A stretch of DNA of 64,000 nt from a virus: positions 1-64,000 of IMG/VR virus record IMGVR_UViG_3300044638_008303, one strand, 5' to 3'. Both the position numbers and the translations under genes were made by a program. Within the stretch, counting starts at the first letter, position 1, and each line of letters opens with the position of its first letter. Under the pieces are notes generated by a model. The model was not told where the DNA came from, made no database searches, and saw nothing but the letters and a program-made list of their open reading frames with translations. This document shows, piece after piece, positions 28,020 to 37,536 of this stretch.

Positions 28020-29113
28020 TATTTAGCTAATATATTCTTAAATTTATTAAATAAATAATTACATATTTTTTGATTAGTCTCTAAAAATGTACGTAATTGA
28101 TCCATTCCTTGAATTTTTTCTGGAAAATTCTCTGAAAGGTCTTCTTTAATGTCTTTAATTAACCCTTCGTCAAAAGCAATCCAAGCCCCACTTTTTTTGG
28201 CAAAACCCCATTGAATAAGCATGTCAGCAATTTCATACTCTGTCCAAATACTTTTACCGTCACTTCGGCCATGACGAATTGGATAAGTAACTTCTACTCC
28301 ATCTTTTTCGTTTGTAGTTTTACGAAGAAGAATTTTTGACCAGTGCCCAATAATCTTATCACCTTCTATTATTTGATCAGATTTATACCTTGGTTGAAAT
28401 TCAAAAATCCAGTCAGCGTAGTGCTGCAAAGCATTACCTCCAGAACTATTAGTAAGTTTAGGGTCACCTTTCGCATATGGATTAATTTGAACATTTGAGC
28501 GAACTTGAGAAATAAGCCCGCAAATATGCCCAAATGTAGAAAGTGGTAACATTATTCTACGAAGAAAATTTGAAGTAAGAACGGCTCCAGCAGCAACTTT
28601 TGCACTATCTTCAAATCCTTTACTTAAATCATTTTTAGAAATAAGAGCGTCCATACTATCAATCAAAAAATAATAACGAGTATTTTCTGGATTATTTTTA
28701 ATAAGTTCTAGAATTAAAGTGGCGACATTTTCATATATATTAGAGCGTAATACAAAACATGTACCTTTGTCCCATTTTTCTGGATCGTCTACAAAATTAA
28801 CACCAGATATTTTTTTGACATTAGAATTAAGCCTTCCCTCCGCTTTTACTAAAAAGCCTTTAGAATTAGGAACGGTTTTTAAAAAATTATTCATAATAAG
28901 CAAAGCGGAACTTGTTTTTCCCCCGCCGCTCACTCCTGTAAAACGAATAATTGCAGGAACCTCAAGTGTACCACCAAGTTCCGAATCTAAAAGAAGAGAC
29001 CCGGTAGACACTTGAAAAACTTGTTCGTCTTCAAAATTATAATGCGAATCTTTATTATCTTTAAGATGTGAAGATAATATACTTTTACCTGTTAGACTGT
29101 TTTCTTTTGCCAT
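28019..29113 (-). CDS. recA: RecA/UvsX-like recombinase
   Basis: STGSLLLD..LGG, GVSGGGKTS, IDSM, SQVR and GGNALQHY. Confidence 0.88.
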   Translation of the reverse strand: MAKENSLTGKSILSSHLKDNKDSHYNFEDEQVFQVSTGSLLLDSELGGTLEVPAIIRFTGVSGGGKTSSALLIMNNFLKTVPNSKGFLVKAEGRLNSNVKKISGVNFVDDPEKWDKGTCFVLRSNIYENVATLILELIKNNPENTRYYFLIDSMDALISKNDLSKGFEDSAKVAAGAVLTSNFLRRIMLPLSTFGHICGLISQVRSNVQINPYAKGDPKLTNSSGGNALQHYADWIFEFQPRYKSDQIIEGDKIIGHWSKILLRKTTNEKDGVEVTYPIRHGRSDGKSIWTEYEIADMLIQWGFAKKSGAWIAFDEGLIKDIKEDLSENFPEKIQGMDQLRTFLETNQKICNYLFNKFKNILAK

Positions 29114-29445
29114 AGATTTAGAAATTCTCTTAAGTTCAGAGCTTTAACTAAATCATAACCTTCTTTGTCTTCAAAAGCAATATTATTATTTTCTATTTCA
29201 AACTTTTTTATTTCAGGTAAATTTAAATTAAATTTTTTATATTCTTGATTTAAAAATTTACGCCCATCATCTGATAAAAACCAACACAAGCTATTTAATT
29301 TAAAATTTAATTCTAAACTATTCCAAAATTGTTCATTAGGAAAAATTTTAAATAAACTTTTGACCATTTTCATTTCTCTTGGCCAAATAATATTATTATT
29401 ATCTTTTAATAATTTTTTAATAAAGTCTTTTTTATTTAGACTCAT
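29092..29445 (-). CDS. Hypothetical protein
   Basis: 117 aa ORF in the operon. Confidence 0.7.
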   Translation of the reverse strand: MSLNKKDFIKKLLKDNNNIIWPREMKMVKSLFKIFPNEQFWNSLELNFKLNSLCWFLSDDGRKFLNQEYKKFNLNLPEIKKFEIENNNIAFEDKEGYDLVKALNLREFLNLWQKKTV

Positions 29446-29629
29446 ATTCGTTACAATGAATACATATATCGGGTTCTACTTTTAGAATATTTTTTTTATA
29501 ACAAAAATACCCTTTAACTTCATAATTACCCCCTTGACAAGAACATCTTTGAACAGTTTTAGAAATTTCTTGTTCAGATCTATGTTTACATGTATCAAAT
29601 TTTGATGGTAACTGTTGAACTTCACTCAT
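29432..29629 (-). CDS. Small Cys-rich protein
   Basis: Six Cys in 65 aa; GTGTAA 9 nt upstream. Confidence 0.65.
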   Translation of the reverse strand: MSEVQQLPSKFDTCKHRSEQEISKTVQRCSCQGGNYEVKGYFCYKKNILKVEPDICIHCNEYESK

Positions 29630-29638
29630 AAATATATT

Positions 29639-29644
29639 TTACAC
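29639..29644 (-). promoter_or_regulatory. GTGTAA motif (putative late promoter)
   Basis: 9 nt before ATG 29629. Confidence 0.55.
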
Positions 29645-29658
29645 TTATTTTATAATTT

Positions 29659-30084
29659 TTAACCATATTCTTCATTTTCTTCATCTGGTGGTTCATAATT
29701 CCGTTCATTTTTTAGAGTAGTAATAAAAAAATTTTCTATTTTACTTAAAACATTATTATATTTTTCCTGATATATTTCTGTACTTTCTGTTATTTCATCG
29801 TTATTTTGAAGTGCCGAATAGAATACATTTTTAGGGGAATTTAAAATATCATTAATAATTTTTAAATCTGAACTTGCTATATTTTGATGTGCAAATTTTT
29901 TCCATGTTTTAATAAATTCTTTATGAACGTGTTTCTCTTTAAAATCATTTTCTTCATTAATATGATTTGCTATATAATTAAAACAAAAAAATAACATTGA
30001 CCATTGTAAGTTTTGCATAAACTTAGTCTCCAATGTTTCATCCATTGAATCACGTAGCTGTTTATGTATATCCTTATTTTTCAT
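29659..30084 (-). CDS. Hypothetical protein
   Basis: 141 aa ORF coupled to the RNR stop codon. Confidence 0.7.
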   Translation of the reverse strand: MKNKDIHKQLRDSMDETLETKFMQNLQWSMLFFCFNYIANHINEENDFKEKHVHKEFIKTWKKFAHQNIASSDLKIINDILNSPKNVFYSALQNNDEITESTEIYQEKYNNVLSKIENFFITTLKNERNYEPPDEENEEYG

Positions 30085-32063
30085 TATTTAATCGGGCATG
30101 CGCCACCCTCACACTCAATGCCCTCCAATGCGTCATTACCAATATTTTGATTTATGTTAATTACAGGTTTAACTTTAGCTTTTTTGATTTGATATATTTC
30201 TTTACTAATTTCTTCGTATGGGGCTTGTTTAAACCCATGTTTTTGCCTCAAAAGAAAACTAACTGATTTAATTCCATTTTCATAGTTTTCAGCAAGCCAT
30301 TTTTTTAAATCATTGAGCTCTTCTTCACTATAATATGCTGTAACACTAACAGCATTATCTGACCAGACCTCTTGGAGTTTTTTAACCATTTCAAGTTGCT
30401 TAATAACTCCCATATCGTCTGCAAATAATGCACCATCAGGGGTTTCACATGGAAATTCTACGACAACGGTATCATGATTTTCAGACCCATCAAAATTAAC
30501 AACATATTCAACATTATAACCAAGATCACGACAATAAGATACTAGCGCATCATTGCTTGCCATACGAACTCTCCGAATATAATATTTCGAATACGCTGGG
30601 TGTACACCTGGTGTAGATCCACCTAAAAGACTTAGGGTGCCGCTTGGTTTAATTGTAGTAAGTTTAATACTACGATTCCACCCACGTTCTTTACTCCATT
30701 CTTTATCAAATTTACGAAGTTCTTTATAACAAGAATCAAGCCAATCAATTTTGTCAAGAGATTGACAAATACCAGTAACCCCTAATCCAAGACGCATATT
30801 TTTATGTACAATTTTATTTGTCTCTTCATGAATAAAAGGTAGGGCTGCAATCGCTTTTTGAGTTTTATATAAAAGTTTAGCACAAAGAATTAGTTCTTCT
30901 TTTGAGGAAATATTATTTAAATATAATTCAGAAAGATTACAGCATTCATAAGAAGCTAGGCTAATTTCTCCACAAGGATTTGTCCCAACGACATTATCTT
31001 CATCGGTAGGATAAAGATTACTATCTTTCATAAGACCATCTTTAAGACGGCCATATTTTTGCGACAAAGGAAGGTTAAAAAATCCATAAGGCTCTCCTTT
31101 AGCAAAACCTGTTTCGCTATCTAATACATAACCATTACTCCATATCTCATTTGAAATATGAGAGAAATCATCAGCATAAATTGTATTATTCGACATTGCT
31201 CTCCAGTTAGGAATATTTCCTAACGACCAATTTTTTGCACGTAAAAATAAGTAATCGTCTGGATCTCCAATAGCAATTTGTGCGCTACGGCGGACATTTC
31301 CAGAAACAACAATCCCACCAATGATATTACAAATATCAAGAACATCAATAGAACGAAGTTTTTTCCCTTCTCTAGTTTGAAAAATTTTATTAATTTTATC
31401 GATACCTTCAATCAAAATTTGTGGACCGCTAGCAATACCACCAAACCCACCAATACGCTCACCAGCCCCACGAATAAGAATTGTTGAATAATTAAAAGAT
31501 TTACCTTTTACAAAAAAGGCTTCTAACACCCTCTCTAAAAGACGAATCCATCCTTCACGACTATCAGGAACAATAAAATCTGCATCTTTTGTATTTTTAT
31601 GAACTATATTGACATCTTTTTTAATACGTGGTAACTCATGAATATCTTCACGACGAATAGAGAAACCTACGCCACCACCAAGCATTAAATTTTCAAACAG
31701 AAAAAGAAATGAACGAATACTATTAATTGATACATTCCAGCAATTAAGAAGAGAATTTGCTCCAAAACGTTCTACAGTTGGAGTCCCAAGTTGCCAAAGC
31801 ATCCTTCCAGCAAAATTACATTTGAGATTAAAGATAAGATCAAAAAGTTGCTCAGCTTCTTCTTGAGTATAATTCGCTCCAATTTTTTGTGCGCCATTGA
31901 TGCAACGACGAATAGTGTCTTGCCATTCTTCTGTCTTCCCATCTTCTTTAAGACGGGCATATGTTCTTTTATAAACAATGTATCCTAGTCCATTAAAACC
32001 CCAATTTGGTTGTTTGTTGCTATACTTGCTAGCAAATTTCTCTGTAATAATTTCTGTGTTCAT
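30084..32063 (-). CDS. nrdJ: Class II (adenosylcobalamin-dependent) ribonucleotide reductase, monomeric RTPR-type
   Basis: LLNC, GGGVG, GNVRRSA, TNPCGEI, TIKPSGT and C-terminal CEGGACPIK; no beta-subunit gene nearby. Confidence 0.9.
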   Translation of the reverse strand: MNTEIITEKFASKYSNKQPNWGFNGLGYIVYKRTYARLKEDGKTEEWQDTIRRCINGAQKIGANYTQEEAEQLFDLIFNLKCNFAGRMLWQLGTPTVERFGANSLLNCWNVSINSIRSFLFLFENLMLGGGVGFSIRREDIHELPRIKKDVNIVHKNTKDADFIVPDSREGWIRLLERVLEAFFVKGKSFNYSTILIRGAGERIGGFGGIASGPQILIEGIDKINKIFQTREGKKLRSIDVLDICNIIGGIVVSGNVRRSAQIAIGDPDDYLFLRAKNWSLGNIPNWRAMSNNTIYADDFSHISNEIWSNGYVLDSETGFAKGEPYGFFNLPLSQKYGRLKDGLMKDSNLYPTDEDNVVGTNPCGEISLASYECCNLSELYLNNISSKEELILCAKLLYKTQKAIAALPFIHEETNKIVHKNMRLGLGVTGICQSLDKIDWLDSCYKELRKFDKEWSKERGWNRSIKLTTIKPSGTLSLLGGSTPGVHPAYSKYYIRRVRMASNDALVSYCRDLGYNVEYVVNFDGSENHDTVVVEFPCETPDGALFADDMGVIKQLEMVKKLQEVWSDNAVSVTAYYSEEELNDLKKWLAENYENGIKSVSFLLRQKHGFKQAPYEEISKEIYQIKKAKVKPVININQNIGNDALEGIECEGGACPIK

Positions 32064-32136
32064 CTTAGTATTATAAATTATACATCAATATGATTTAAGT
32101 AGCAAAAAAATAAAAATTATCAAAATGAAAATTAAT

Positions 32137-32475
32137 TTATTGAACAGTTTTTGGTGTATGGTTAAGATTACGTTTTTGTTTCCAGTCTTTAACATAACTT
32201 TTTTTAACTGGATCGTTTTTGCTACCACCGCGTTTTTCACTTAATTCTTTTGAAAGATCCATCATTTCACCAAAAGTTCCCGCCTTATTAGTTTTATCCA
32301 TAAAAGCTCGTTTAGAGTATGGATCTATATTTGCGTCAATACTAGCTTGTGGAACAACAAATTCCCTAGTCCATTTAAGACCTTCTTCATCAATATATAT
32401 TTTTTCATCATTCATGTGAAAAAATATTTCACGAATTTCTCCAGAATTTGGATGGCTAAACAAATAATAAGGCAT
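32137..32475 (-). CDS. FmdB-like ribbon protein lacking the Zn cysteines
   Basis: MPYYLF...GE..E..F.M...W.R pattern. Confidence 0.55.
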   Translation of the reverse strand: MPYYLFSHPNSGEIREIFFHMNDEKIYIDEEGLKWTREFVVPQASIDANIDPYSKRAFMDKTNKAGTFGEMMDLSKELSEKRGGSKNDPVKKSYVKDWKQKRNLNHTPKTVQ

Positions 32476-32478
32476 ACC

Positions 32479-32619
32479 TTATTTTACTTGTTTCTTATTA
32501 TTTTTTCTAATTTGATAAGCTCTTGGAGACATTCTACGTAATTCACCGTTTGGCATACGCATGTATTCTGTACCATCTTTAAATTTAATTTTTTCGCCAA
32601 TATTTGTTATTGTTTCCAT
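32479..32619 (-). CDS. Small basic hypothetical protein (46 aa, not in the ORF track)
   Basis: METITNIGEKIKFKDGTEYMRMPNGELRRMSPRAYQIRKNNKKQVK fills the gap between co-oriented genes. Confidence 0.65.
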   Translation of the reverse strand: METITNIGEKIKFKDGTEYMRMPNGELRRMSPRAYQIRKNNKKQVK

Positions 32620-32620
32620 A

Positions 32621-33712
32621 TTAAATATTTTTCATTATATCTAGAATCGAGTCTACCATTTTAGAATATGTAAATTGCTCTTGAAGTTTTAACCCTTCTG
32701 TATTAATAGGATTTTTTGTATAACGAGATTCTACTTCATCTAACCCATTAAGGAAATCATTTTCATTCCAATCAAAAATATTGCCTTGATTAAATTCCAT
32801 TCCAGGTTTAAAAAATATATTATCATAACATGGTATTTTTCCATTTGGTTGGATTAATACTGCATTATCTTTATTCATCCAGTCTTTATATGCGTGAGCA
32901 TTCAAACCTAAACAATGTTTTCCCAAAGCCACAGATTGAAATTCTGGTAACCCCCAGCCTTCTCCACCACTCATTGCTAAAACTATATCTATATTATTTA
33001 GCAAATCATTATACATTTCATTAGATGGCATATAATTTAAAAAATTAATATTAAAATAATTTTTGCCATTTAAAGCCTGTCCAATTATTTGAGATTGTAA
33101 ACTTGGATCTAGAAAATGATTAAATATAGCGCAATTTAAAGAATATTTTGGATTATTTCCATACTTTTGAGCCCACAAAGAAAGTGTTTTTAAATGACGT
33201 TTACGCTGAGGTTCTAATTTACCGAATAAACCAAATTGTATACTATTATTATTTCTTTTTACAGATTTTTGAAAATGAGTAGAATCAAAAGCAAGCGGTA
33301 TATAATCAACATTATTAAGACCTAGAGAGTGAAAGATTGATACTGCATAATTGCTAGATAACAAAACTTTTTCATTATTCTTTATAATATTGATTTCTGT
33401 TGCTGTTGGAGAATCTACTTCATAAAAAGATAACAAAACTTGTTTATTAGAAAAACTTTCAAGACTTCCAATAAAATGCCATAGTTTAAATATTGGGTTT
33501 TTTTTACTATGTTCTTTATAAGCGGAACTTATAGAAGACTGAATCCAAGAAAAAAAATCTGGATCATTTTTTTGTGTATTAAAATCTACATTCCCACCTA
33601 TTGGGAATAGGTTAATAGATAACTTTCTCTCATAGAGTTCTCTTAGAATTGAGAACGATACTTGTCCTAGAGATGTAGGATTTAATGGTAAATTAAAAGA
33701 TAGTTTTGCCAC
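32621..33712 (-). CDS. GT-B (GT4-like) glycosyltransferase
   Basis: GKLEPQRKR and EGWGLPEFQSVALGK; GTG start. Confidence 0.8.
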   Translation of the reverse strand: MAKLSFNLPLNPTSLGQVSFSILRELYERKLSINLFPIGGNVDFNTQKNDPDFFSWIQSSISSAYKEHSKKNPIFKLWHFIGSLESFSNKQVLLSFYEVDSPTATEINIIKNNEKVLLSSNYAVSIFHSLGLNNVDYIPLAFDSTHFQKSVKRNNNSIQFGLFGKLEPQRKRHLKTLSLWAQKYGNNPKYSLNCAIFNHFLDPSLQSQIIGQALNGKNYFNINFLNYMPSNEMYNDLLNNIDIVLAMSGGEGWGLPEFQSVALGKHCLGLNAHAYKDWMNKDNAVLIQPNGKIPCYDNIFFKPGMEFNQGNIFDWNENDFLNGLDEVESRYTKNPINTEGLKLQEQFTYSKMVDSILDIMKNI

Positions 33713-33715
33713 GAA

Positions 33716-34018
33716 TTAGAATGGAATCTCTTCTGTTTTTTCTTCTTTAGAAACTTTAGAAGTTTCGTTATTTACTGTTGATTTTTTTTCTGTTTTTATT
33801 TCGGGTACTGCATTCTTTACAGGACCGTTGTCATAATAAATACGATAATCTGGTTGATTAGAACCTTCAGTTTTATATTTATTTTTAAAAACAATTACGC
33901 TAATTTCTTCGCCAGATTTAGATTTAATCTTTCCAGTAAGGAATTGATTTCCAGTTTTTGAGCTTTTAATCCAAAAAGCGCCAGCTTCTTCGAGTTTAGG
34001 TTTTTCGTTTGTATCCAT
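33716..34018 (-). CDS. DUF736-like putative ssDNA-binding protein
   Basis: GAFW..S..G..FLTG, KNKYK...QPDYRI and an SSB-like acidic tail EEIPF. Confidence 0.65.
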   Translation of the reverse strand: MDTNEKPKLEEAGAFWIKSSKTGNQFLTGKIKSKSGEEISVIVFKNKYKTEGSNQPDYRIYYDNGPVKNAVPEIKTEKKSTVNNETSKVSKEEKTEEIPF

Positions 34019-34023
34019 AATCT

Positions 34024-34611
34024 TTATATATTAGAATAAATTGATTTATTTGTCAATTTTTTTTTCGCAAAGTTTATAAATTTATTATGCCAATTTAAAA
34101 CAGTTTGTGGCGTAACATTAAGAATTTCAGCAATTTCCGAATAATTTAAAATTCGTTCTTTATTATGAAAATAACGATAGTAAATAGCGTTTTTTGTATT
34201 TGGATCAGTTATATCATTAAATAAATCTATAATTGTGTTTACTAATTCTTTTTGGTTAGATAACTGATTTTTTTTATTTAAATCGTTTATAAAAAATTCT
34301 AAATGTTGATCTTCAATTGGTATTAATTTGGAATTTTTATTTTTAAAGTTTAAGCAAAAAAATCTAATTTGATTACCTAGCCATGTAGAAAATTTGCTTC
34401 CTTTTTGTGGATTAAAAGATTTTGCGGCGTTAAAAATAATCCAATATTTATTATCGTTAAGTTCATTAAGATCAAGATTACATGAGGCGCAATATTTTTT
34501 CCCAATATTAAAAATCATTCCACCATGCTTATCGACTAATTTTTTTAAACTTTCATTGCATTGTTTATTAACGATTTTTTTTATTAATTTTTCATCATTA
34601 TCTGATTTCAT
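34024..34611 (-). CDS. Phage sigma70-family RNA polymerase sigma factor
   Basis: Region 2 AAKSFNPQKGSKFSTW; region 4 HTH YSEIAEILNVTPQTV. Start at ATG 34611. Confidence 0.85.
   Translation of the reverse strand: MKSDNDEKLIKKIVNKQCNESLKKLVDKHGGMIFNIGKKYCASCNLDLNELNDNKYWIIFNAAKSFNPQKGSKFSTWLGNQIRFFCLNFKNKNSKLIPIEDQHLEFFINDLNKKNQLSNQKELVNTIIDLFNDITDPNTKNAIYYRYFHNKERILNYSEIAEILNVTPQTVLNWHNKFINFAKKKLTNKSIYSNI
34028..34056 (-). promoter_or_regulatory. sigma70-like promoter
   Basis: TTGACA-N17-TAATAT ending 9 nt before ATG 34018. Confidence 0.7.
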
Positions 34612-34618
34612 TTTATTC

Positions 34619-34647
34619 AAAATAATCGTTATTGATTTGAAAGTCAA
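34619..34647 (-). promoter_or_regulatory. sigma70-like promoter of the sigma gene
   Basis: TTGACT-N17-TATTTT ending 7 nt before ATG 34611. Confidence 0.5.
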
Positions 34648-34683
34648 ACATTTTTTTGATTTCTTAAAAAAAGATAATATAAT

Positions 34684-34731
34684 TTTGTGAGCAAAGCGAA
34701 CAAATCGAAGCCGAACAAAGTGAGGTTTCGA
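34684..34731 (+). other. Tandem hairpins with GA-NN-AAA-NN-GA caps
   Basis: TTTGT-GA-GC-AAA-GC-GA-ACAAA followed directly by TCGAAGCC-GA-AC-AAA-GT-GA-GGTTTCGA. Confidence 0.6.
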
Positions 34732-34770
34732 AATAAGAAATGTTCCTTTACTTTAACTTTTTTTATAGTA

Positions 34771-35169
34771 ATGTCAAGTTTATTTTTAATTTTACTCTGT
34801 TGTTTAGGGGCCTTAATAATACATTTATGGTTTTATTCTGATTTTGTAGCATACTATGTTAGAACATTTAAAATTTTAATACCAGTTAAAATCTATAATT
34901 GGCTATTAATAGATGAATATTTAAATAACCAAGATCCAGATTTATTCTTTGATAGTTACATTGAATATCTTTTTGTAAAACGATCTTTTGCAAAATCTTT
35001 TAAAACAAAATTTTTTCTAAAACTTTTTTCATGTATAACATGTTTTACTGTATGGATTTCTATAATTATATCTGTAATATATGGTAACATGATGTATGTA
35101 GGTCTAATTTTTATTCTTTTACGTCTTTTAGATTATATTCTTAGATTTGTTTTAAAAAAGAAAATATAA
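34771..35169 (+). CDS. Membrane protein with CxxC..W motif (DUF1360-like)
   Basis: TM segments and LFSCITCFTVW. Start moved to ATG 34771. Confidence 0.6.
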   Translation: MSSLFLILLCCLGALIIHLWFYSDFVAYYVRTFKILIPVKIYNWLLIDEYLNNQDPDLFFDSYIEYLFVKRSFAKSFKTKFFLKLFSCITCFTVWISIIISVIYGNMMYVGLIFILLRLLDYILRFVLKKKI

Positions 35170-35174
35170 TATAC

Positions 35175-35609
35175 ATGAAAAAATTAGATTTTTGTAAACC
35201 AACTAAATCTGTTACTGGATCATGGATAACTTTTGGACTAACCCAGGATCAAGAAGATCAAAAAAAGAACGGGTTTTATGTAAACATGATTCGTCAAGCT
35301 GGATGGAATAATGAGACTAAAAATGGAACATTTAAAGAAAACGTTAATAACCCAGAAAAACATAAAAGAATTAAACTTAGTGAAAATGATATTGCTGAAA
35401 CTCTTTTAGTATTAGGATCAAATGGAGAAAAAAAATGGTCAACAGTCCATGCTGGAAAAACGCCTATTTTTGTAGAGCCTTTTATTCGTGAAGAAAAACA
35501 TGTTGGCTATCTAATTAAATTAGGTGGAATTAGTATTGCGTTAAATTTTGCAGAAACTCTTCGTCTTCAAGAATATTTAAAATTGACTTTACAACAAATG
35601 TATTTATAA
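35175..35609 (+). CDS. Hypothetical protein, possibly a Whirly/PC4-like ssDNA-binding fold
   Basis: Repeated beta-beta-beta-helix pattern (IKLSENDIAE and IALNFAETLRL). Confidence 0.45.
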   Translation: MKKLDFCKPTKSVTGSWITFGLTQDQEDQKKNGFYVNMIRQAGWNNETKNGTFKENVNNPEKHKRIKLSENDIAETLLVLGSNGEKKWSTVHAGKTPIFVEPFIREEKHVGYLIKLGGISIALNFAETLRLQEYLKLTLQQMYL

Positions 35610-35618
35610 TACATTAAT

Positions 35619-37535
35619 ATGCGTAAAAAAAGAGTTTTATTTTTGACAGATTATGCTGGAGCGTTTACTGGCTTTGGTAAACAATGTAAACTACTTTTAA
35701 CATATTTATATAAAACAGGTAAATATGAGATATTAAATGCCGCACAAGGAACTCCTAAACATGGTGCGCATACAACTAAATTTCCATGGAAAACTGTAGG
35801 GGTCCTTCCAGATGACCCACAACAAATACAACAAATTAATCAAGACCCAAATTTAGCAAGAAATGCTGCTTATGGAGCTTTAGAAATTAATAATATTGTT
35901 AAAGAATTTAAACCAGATGTTATTTTCTCAGTTAACGACACTTGGGGCTCTCAGTTTGTAGTTGACATGCCATTTTTTAATAAAATAACTACTGTTTGTT
36001 GGAATACATTTGACTCCTTACCCTTGCTTCCAGACACCATAGAAAAAGCACCAAAAATTAAACATTATTGGACATGGAGTGATTTCGCAAGGAAAGAATT
36101 GCATAAACATAATTTTAATCATGTTCAAAATCAATATCCATTAGTTAATACAGATAGTTTTTATAAGCTACCAGATTCAAAAATATCTGAAATTAAAAAT
36201 CGTTTTGGTTTACCTCTAGATTCTTTTATTATAGGTTTTGTTTTTAGAAACCAACTAAGAAAATTAATAAATACCCAAATCGAAGCATATGCGTTATTCA
36301 AAAAACATAATCCAGAAATAAAAAATACATTTTTATATACACATACTCATTATGGAGAAGGATGGGATATTCATAGATTATGCCAACAATATGGAGTAGA
36401 TCCCAAAGAAGTTCTTTGTACGTATATATGCAAAGAAACTCGTCAATATTTTATTGCCCCATTCCATGGTCAAGATGTCGAAAACCCCGTTACCAAAAAG
36501 AAAACTTTAATTACTGCAAACGTAGGACTTGGAGTTACAGATGAGCAATTAAATGAAATTTATAATATATTTTCTTTGTATTCCCATCCAGCAACATCTG
36601 GAGCTTGCGAATTACCATGTGTTGAAGCGGCTTTAACAGAAAAAATTATTACAACTGCCCCATATTCTTTTGGCGAAGATATTATTGAAAATAATAAAGG
36701 AAGTATCGCCATGAAATTTACTTTTTATACAGAACATGGTACACAATTTCTAAAATCCCAACCATCAGCTTACGAACTTTCTAAAATTTTCAAAAAAGTT
36801 TATGAAATGAAGCCGCAGCTTAAATATCAAATGGAGCAAGAGTCAAGAAAGTGGGCTTTAGAAAATTATGGAATAGAAGTTAATGGAAAAAGAATCGAAA
36901 ATTTTATAGATGAACAGTTAATTTTAGAAGAAGAAATTTTCAATTTTTCAGAAAGTAAAAATAATCCAAACCCAAATGCGAAAGTAGAAGATAACGCTGA
37001 TAATAAAGAATGGGTAAAATCATTATATAAACTAATTTTAGATAGAGATATTTTAGACCAAGACGAAGGACTTATTCATTGGCTTCAAAAACTTGAGCAA
37101 AATGTTTCAAAAGATCAAATCGAAAATTATTTTAGACAAGTCGCTAAAGAAGATCTTGCTAAAAATAACCCTGTAAATTTTGAAGATATTTTAGATAAAG
37201 ATGATGCTGGACGTAGAGCTTTAATCGTTATTCCCGAAAGTATCGGTGACGTATTTATGATAACAAGTCTTTTTGAATCGTTCAAAAATGTATATCCTGA
37301 TTATCATTTATATATAGCTACAAAACAAGAATATTTTGATATTTTAATTGCCAATCCATACGTACATAAAGTTATTCCATATGTACCACAAATGGACAAT
37401 CTAATGTGGCTTGAAGGCGCTGGAGAACATAAAGGATTTTTCGAAATAGCCTTTTTGCCACATATTGGAACTCAAAGAATTTTAAATTATTTACATAATG
37501 GTAAAGATATTATAGAATTTGATATAAAAAAATAA
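35619..37535 (+). CDS. Multidomain glycosyltransferase: GT4-like + DUF4214-like + GT9 N-terminal half
   Basis: TGFG, RNQLRK and GACELPCVEA; then LYKLILDR..D..GLIHW; then IGDVFMITS...L.ANPYV. Confidence 0.78.
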   Translation: MRKKRVLFLTDYAGAFTGFGKQCKLLLTYLYKTGKYEILNAAQGTPKHGAHTTKFPWKTVGVLPDDPQQIQQINQDPNLARNAAYGALEINNIVKEFKPDVIFSVNDTWGSQFVVDMPFFNKITTVCWNTFDSLPLLPDTIEKAPKIKHYWTWSDFARKELHKHNFNHVQNQYPLVNTDSFYKLPDSKISEIKNRFGLPLDSFIIGFVFRNQLRKLINTQIEAYALFKKHNPEIKNTFLYTHTHYGEGWDIHRLCQQYGVDPKEVLCTYICKETRQYFIAPFHGQDVENPVTKKKTLITANVGLGVTDEQLNEIYNIFSLYSHPATSGACELPCVEAALTEKIITTAPYSFGEDIIENNKGSIAMKFTFYTEHGTQFLKSQPSAYELSKIFKKVYEMKPQLKYQMEQESRKWALENYGIEVNGKRIENFIDEQLILEEEIFNFSESKNNPNPNAKVEDNADNKEWVKSLYKLILDRDILDQDEGLIHWLQKLEQNVSKDQIENYFRQVAKEDLAKNNPVNFEDILDKDDAGRRALIVIPESIGDVFMITSLFESFKNVYPDYHLYIATKQEYFDILIANPYVHKVIPYVPQMDNLMWLEGAGEHKGFFEIAFLPHIGTQRILNYLHNGKDIIEFDIKK

Positions 37536-37536
37536 T

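Noticed and set aside
11763-32063. Inteins or introns in dnaE, dnaB, recA or nrdJ
   Set aside because: Lengths are normal, with no intein splice or LAGLIDADG motifs and no interrupted frames.
34687-34770. N-terminal extension of the membrane protein from GTG 34687
   Set aside because: The segment coincides with the hairpin element, and ATG 34771 directly precedes the first TM helix.
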